Source of the DNA: Bacilli bacterium
GTDB taxonomy: Bacteria > Bacillota_I > Bacilli_A > RFN20 > CAG-826
Assembly: GCA_024408075.1 (NCBI GenBank)
Contig: JAKSVK010000003.1
Location: 9,048-73,047 of the forward strand
Length of the DNA stretch: 64,000 nucleotides
Direction of reading: 5' to 3'
A program made the position numbers and the translations under genes. Positions within the stretch are counted from its first letter, which is position 1; each line of letters starts with the position of its first letter. Below the pieces are notes generated by a model, which was given only the letters and a program-made list of their open reading frames with translations, made no database searches and had not been told where the DNA came from. Of this stretch, positions 60,699 through 64,000 are shown in pieces.

Positions 60699-61595
60699 AT
60701 GAATAAAAAACTTTTAACATTAGTTTTGTTTGCTGCAATGCCGTTGGTTGCTTGTGGCAATGATAACCCTGGCACCCAAGGTGGTGGCGGTGGCGGCGGT
60801 GGCGGCGGAGGAGACGCCGATATCAAAGTCACATTTAATATGAGTCAATTGTTGGTTGACCAAGAAGATTTGTCTAGTAAAACAATTGAACAATCAGGAG
60901 TACAAATCAAATTTGCTAAGGGCACTGGAACAAGTGCTCCAAAATACTATGCAGAAAGCGATCAAGTTCCATATAGTGCAGCAAGACTTTATGCGAGCAA
61001 CACCATGACATTTACTGCATCAACAACAATGAAAGAAGTAAAAATTACATGTGGATTGTGGGACAACAAAGATGGAAGTTTTACTGCTTCTACAGGAACC
61101 ATTCAAGCAAATGCTGATAAATCAGTTGAAACTTGGACTGGCTCAAACGAAACATTTACACTTACAGTTGCTGAAAAACAAAGACGAGTTGTTACTGTTG
61201 AAGTCACCTTAGGAAAAGGCCAAGGTGGCGGCGGAGGCGGCGGAGGCGGCGGAGAAACCGTTACTCTTCAATCTGTTGCTAATAAATTAAAATCTTTATG
61301 GTCAAAATATTCACCAGACCTTGATCACGATACAGATGAATACGGAGAATTCTACAATGTTTATTTCTTTGTGGAAGGTGACTATAGAGAAACCGAAGCT
61401 TCTACTCAAACATTATTGTCACTAGGCACAAGCTTATTAACTGATGAATTCGAATTGGTTTATGAAGCCGAGTGGGATTCTGATTGGCTTATGTTAGATG
61501 CTTACTATATGGTTGGCGAAGAAATCATCGTTGAAATTCAAGCTTATGCTGATACTGAATCTGGTGGCGGCTGGGTTGACAGCTGGATATATTAA
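60699..61595 (+). CDS. Lipoprotein with two poly-glycine linkers and an uncharacterised domain shared with the lipoprotein at 62930
   Basis: Lipobox LVAC-G, G11 tract after the lipidated Cys, second G10 tract mid-protein, acidic C-terminal domain. Confidence 0.85.
   Translation: MNKKLLTLVLFAAMPLVACGNDNPGTQGGGGGGGGGGGDADIKVTFNMSQLLVDQEDLSSKTIEQSGVQIKFAKGTGTSAPKYYAESDQVPYSAARLYASNTMTFTASTTMKEVKITCGLWDNKDGSFTASTGTIQANADKSVETWTGSNETFTLTVAEKQRRVVTVEVTLGKGQGGGGGGGGGGETVTLQSVANKLKSLWSKYSPDLDHDTDEYGEFYNVYFFVEGDYRETEASTQTLLSLGTSLLTDEFELVYEAEWDSDWLMLDAYYMVGEEIIVEIQAYADTESGGGWVDSWIY
60780..60812 (+). repeat. In-frame GGN trinucleotide tract encoding Gly x11
   Basis: ggt ggt ggc ggt ggc ggc ggt ggc ggc gga gga; nearly 100% G+C at the first two codon positions in an AT-rich genome. 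Confidence 0.95.
61224..61253 (+). repeat. In-frame GGN tract encoding Gly x10, including a perfect (GGCGGCGGA)x3
   Basis: ggt then ggcggcgga ggcggcgga ggcggcgga (61227-61253). Confidence 0.95.
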
Positions 61596-61604
61596 TTAGA
61601 AATT

Positions 61605-61647
61605 AAAGACCAAATCTAAACTTATTAAGGCTTGGTCTTTTTTTATG
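61605..61647 (+). terminator. Probable intrinsic terminator (long loop) after the poly-Gly lipoprotein gene
   Basis: AAAGACCAA-18 nt-TTGGTCTTT followed by TTTTTT. Confidence 0.5.
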
Positions 61648-61712
61648 CTTAAAAAAATTGATATCTAATAATTATTGTGTATAATTATAACGCAATTTAA
61701 AGGAACTGAATT

Positions 61713-62846
61713 ATGATTAAAATTGTTGAAGCTATTACAAAAAAGCAAATGAAAACATTTGCTACATTCCCTATAAAATTATATAAAGGCAACAAAAACT
61801 ATGTTCCTTCTATCTTAGGTGACGAAATTAACTTATTAGATCCAAAAAAGAACCTTATGATGGGTGAAAGTAGAGTGCGTTGTTTTCTTGCTTATAAAGA
61901 CAATAAATTAGTAGGACGTACTGCAGGAATTATTCCTGTTGCTGGCAATAGAAAAAATAATGAAAAAGTTCTTAGAATCTCACGAATTGATTTTATTAAT
62001 GACATTGACGTCTGCAAGGCTTTAATTAGAACATTAAAAGATTGGGCAATAAAAGAAGGTCTTGATACAATTTCTGGACCTTGGGGATTCAACGATACAG
62101 ATAGAGAAGGTATGTTAACATACGGTTTTGATGAACAAAGCACATATGCTACTGCATATTCTTATCCATATTATGTTTCTTTCTTCGAAGAAATTGGATT
62201 TACAAAAGAAAGCGAATGGATTGAATATCAATTTAACTATAAAAATAGTGATCCAAAATTCCATGAATATGCTGAAAAACTTAGAAAAGAAGACAGATTT
62301 GTTGATCTTTGTGAAATAATGTCACTTAAAAAGATTATTAGCAAATATGGTGATTCATTTTTTGATTGCTATAACGCAGCTTATAAAGATTTAGATAATT
62401 TTGTTAAGATTGATGGAGATCAAAAAACCCAAACTTTAAAACAATTTGCGACAATTATTAATAAGAAATTTTTCTCATGTGTTATTGATAAGCAAACAAA
62501 TAACGTTGTCGCTTTTGGAGTTGGACTTCCTTATATTGGAAACTGTTTAAGAAGAGCAAAAGGAAGAATGCTTTTCGCCGCTTTACCAATTTTCTTTACA
62601 ATTCAACATCCTAAAAATATCGAACTAGCTTTAATCGGGGTGTTACCAGAGTACGCTAATTTAGGAACACACGCTATTGTTGTTGATCGTTTCTTAAAGA
62701 ACTTTGCAAAATACAAAATTAAAAATGTCTGGATGGATCCGGTTTTGACAACTAATTTAAAGATGCACCAAACCTGGAAAGGTATGGATAAATCAATCAG
62801 ACAAAGAAGACAAACCTGGAATATTCCGGTTTCTAAAATTTCATAA
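61713..62846 (+). CDS. Putative GNAT-superfamily acyltransferase-like protein (377 aa)
   Basis: From memory it resembles a widespread family of about 380 aa annotated GNAT N-acetyltransferase, with an N-terminus like ...FPIKLYKGNKNYVPSILGDE... I see no unambiguous acetyl-CoA motif by eye. Confidence 0.4.
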   Translation: MIKIVEAITKKQMKTFATFPIKLYKGNKNYVPSILGDEINLLDPKKNLMMGESRVRCFLAYKDNKLVGRTAGIIPVAGNRKNNEKVLRISRIDFINDIDVCKALIRTLKDWAIKEGLDTISGPWGFNDTDREGMLTYGFDEQSTYATAYSYPYYVSFFEEIGFTKESEWIEYQFNYKNSDPKFHEYAEKLRKEDRFVDLCEIMSLKKIISKYGDSFFDCYNAAYKDLDNFVKIDGDQKTQTLKQFATIINKKFFSCVIDKQTNNVVAFGVGLPYIGNCLRRAKGRMLFAALPIFFTIQHPKNIELALIGVLPEYANLGTHAIVVDRFLKNFAKYKIKNVWMDPVLTTNLKMHQTWKGMDKSIRQRRQTWNIPVSKIS

Positions 62847-62929
62847 TTATTTTTACTTAAACTATTAGATATTAGGCAAAATATTATATATAATATCAGC
62901 AAGATATAAATCTTTTATGTGAGATTTTT

Positions 62930-64000
62930 ATGAAAAAACGTATTTTATTAATTTTTGCCGCTTCTTTTCTCTTAGTTGGTTGTGGAGGTAATAACACAAG
63001 CACAATTCCTCAAATGGATGTTGCTTTTAATGATCAAACAATTACTTATGATGGGAATGAGCACACTATTGTTGCCACAGGCTATCCTGAAGGTAGTGAA
63101 GTTAATTATGTAAATGAGGGTCCTTTTATAAATGTTGGCACATATTTAATTGGCGTAGAGATTACTCATCCAAATTATCAAACATTTACCGACTTAGCTA
63201 CCCTTACCATTAATGAAGGTGTAATTGATGCAGTTTTCGATGATGTGACTGTCACTTATGATGGCAATCCTCACACCATTGAAGCAACAGATTATCCTCA
63301 AGGTTCACGAGTAAGTTATGCTAATAACGGACCTTTTGTTAATGTTGGAGAATATGCAATACAAGTCACAATTGAGTGCGAAAATTACCACACATTTACA
63401 AAAACAGCTATTTTAACAATTGAAAAACGCGAAATGACAGGCGTTAGTTTTGCTAATAAGACAGTTACATATGACGGCTTTACCCATACCATCGATCCAA
63501 CTGGTTATCCAGAAGGAAGTCAAATTACTTATTTAACGGAAAAATATTTTACCGAACCTGGGGCCCATGAAATAACAGTTAAAATTTCTCATCCTGACTA
63601 CAAAGATTATATAAAAACAGCGATTTTAAAAATTAAAGATATTGAAGGCGAAGTGTATGAAACAACAGCTAAAGCACTTCTTAAAGATCATCCTTCAAAA
63701 ACAAACTTAAATAATCAAAGTCAAAGAATTGAAAGCTGTGGCATAAATCTTACTTTCCATACAAACAAAGGAACAAATAATCCTATATATAATAATGATA
63801 ATGGTGGAAGCTTAAGGCTATATGCTAATAATTCTCTTACTATAGAAGCACCTGTATTTAATTCTTTGCCAACAATCGAAGTAGTTAAAATAGAATTCAC
63901 TTGTTTGAAAGAAGAAAAAGTTCCTCTTGATGCAAGTATATCAAGTGGAAGATTATCCTTTCCAAGTTCAACTACTTTTGTGTGGAGTGGAACTGCAACA
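62930..64000 (+). CDS. Lipoprotein with three MBG-like (YDG) tandem repeats and a C-terminal shared domain; 3' end outside window
   Basis: MKKRILLIFAASFLLVGC-G lipobox. The frame is open for all 357 codons to the window edge (not in the ORF track because no stop is reached). Confidence 0.8.
   Translation, partial: MKKRILLIFAASFLLVGCGGNNTSTIPQMDVAFNDQTITYDGNEHTIVATGYPEGSEVNYVNEGPFINVGTYLIGVEITHPNYQTFTDLATLTINEGVIDAVFDDVTVTYDGNPHTIEATDYPQGSRVSYANNGPFVNVGEYAIQVTIECENYHTFTKTAILTIEKREMTGVSFANKTVTYDGFTHTIDPTGYPEGSQITYLTEKYFTEPGAHEITVKISHPDYKDYIKTAILKIKDIEGEVYETTAKALLKDHPSKTNLNNQSQRIESCGINLTFHTNKGTNNPIYNNDNGGSLRLYANNSLTIEAPVFNSLPTIEVVKIEFTCLKEEKVPLDASISSGRLSFPSSTTFVWSGTAT
63014..63640 (+). repeat. 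Three tandem coding repeats of about 207-210 nt (69-70 aa each)
   Basis: Units start at 63014, 63221 and 63431. Shared pattern F.D.T(I/V)TYDG..HTI..TGYP(E/Q)GS.(V/I).Y...GPF.NVG.Y.I.V.I....Y..F...A.LTI. Confidence 0.85.

Noticed and set aside
60632-60832. Minus-strand ORF encoding a poly-proline run
   Set aside because: It is the reverse complement of the poly-Gly GGN tract of the lipoprotein gene. The plus-strand gene has an SD, a lipobox and a terminator.
1-64000. Search for CRISPR arrays, transposases/IS ends, integrases, prophage genes, toxin-antitoxin pairs or known defence genes
   Set aside because: I noticed no direct-repeat/spacer periodicity, no DDE or tyrosine/serine recombinase motifs and no phage structural genes in any frame. 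The only repeats are the coding ones listed (Big_2, MBG-like, GGN tracts).

Overview
AT-rich (about 30% GC by eye) bacterial chromosome segment. It uses the standard genetic code with TGA as a stop codon (seen at the ends of mfd, dusB, recA, ymdB and the ymcA-like gene). It carries a Bacillus-type (type B) RNase P RNA and B. subtilis-like local gene order. This fits a genome-reduced Bacillota/Mollicutes-type organism (Acholeplasma- or Erysipelotrichia-like), which cannot be resolved further without a database search. I can support about 58 CDS, 7 tRNA genes (all with encoded CCA), rnpB, one SAM (S-box-like) riboswitch upstream of metK, and a set of intrinsic terminators and sigma-A-like promoters. 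Most of the window is core housekeeping: opp, pth-mfd, tilS-ftsH, dusB-lysS, cmk-der-hup, dnaD-nth/recU, gpsB-rnpB, pgsA-cinA-recA-rny-ymdB-miaB-ymcA-miaA, ychF, ispF, argS, rpoE, nrnA, pgi, gpmI, pepF, pduL, metK, hpf. I found no CRISPR array, transposase, integrase, phage gene or recognisable defence system. Accessory or unusual parts are listed here. (1) A divergent pair of surface proteases (S8 and Big_2-clostripain C11) lies next to opp. (2) A 774-aa acidic lipoprotein has no recognisable function. (3) Two tandem fused MacB-type ABC ATPase-permeases follow miaA. (4) A choline-kinase-like protein is fused to a NifU C-terminal domain, with a tRNA-Gln 4 nt behind it. (5) A vanZ gene is coupled to a heterodimeric ABC exporter with one degenerate ATP site. 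(6) The right end (58.7-64 kb) holds an orphan two-gene operon and a lipoprotein / GNAT-like / lipoprotein cluster with poly-Gly GGN repeats, a shared uncharacterised domain and MBG-like tandem repeats. I cannot name a single clear-cut novel system. The best candidates are the kinase-NifU fusion, the right-end lipoprotein cluster, the orphan operon at 58.8-60.0 kb and the tandem MacB-like pair. All functional calls rest on motif recognition and remembered family knowledge; no searches were run.
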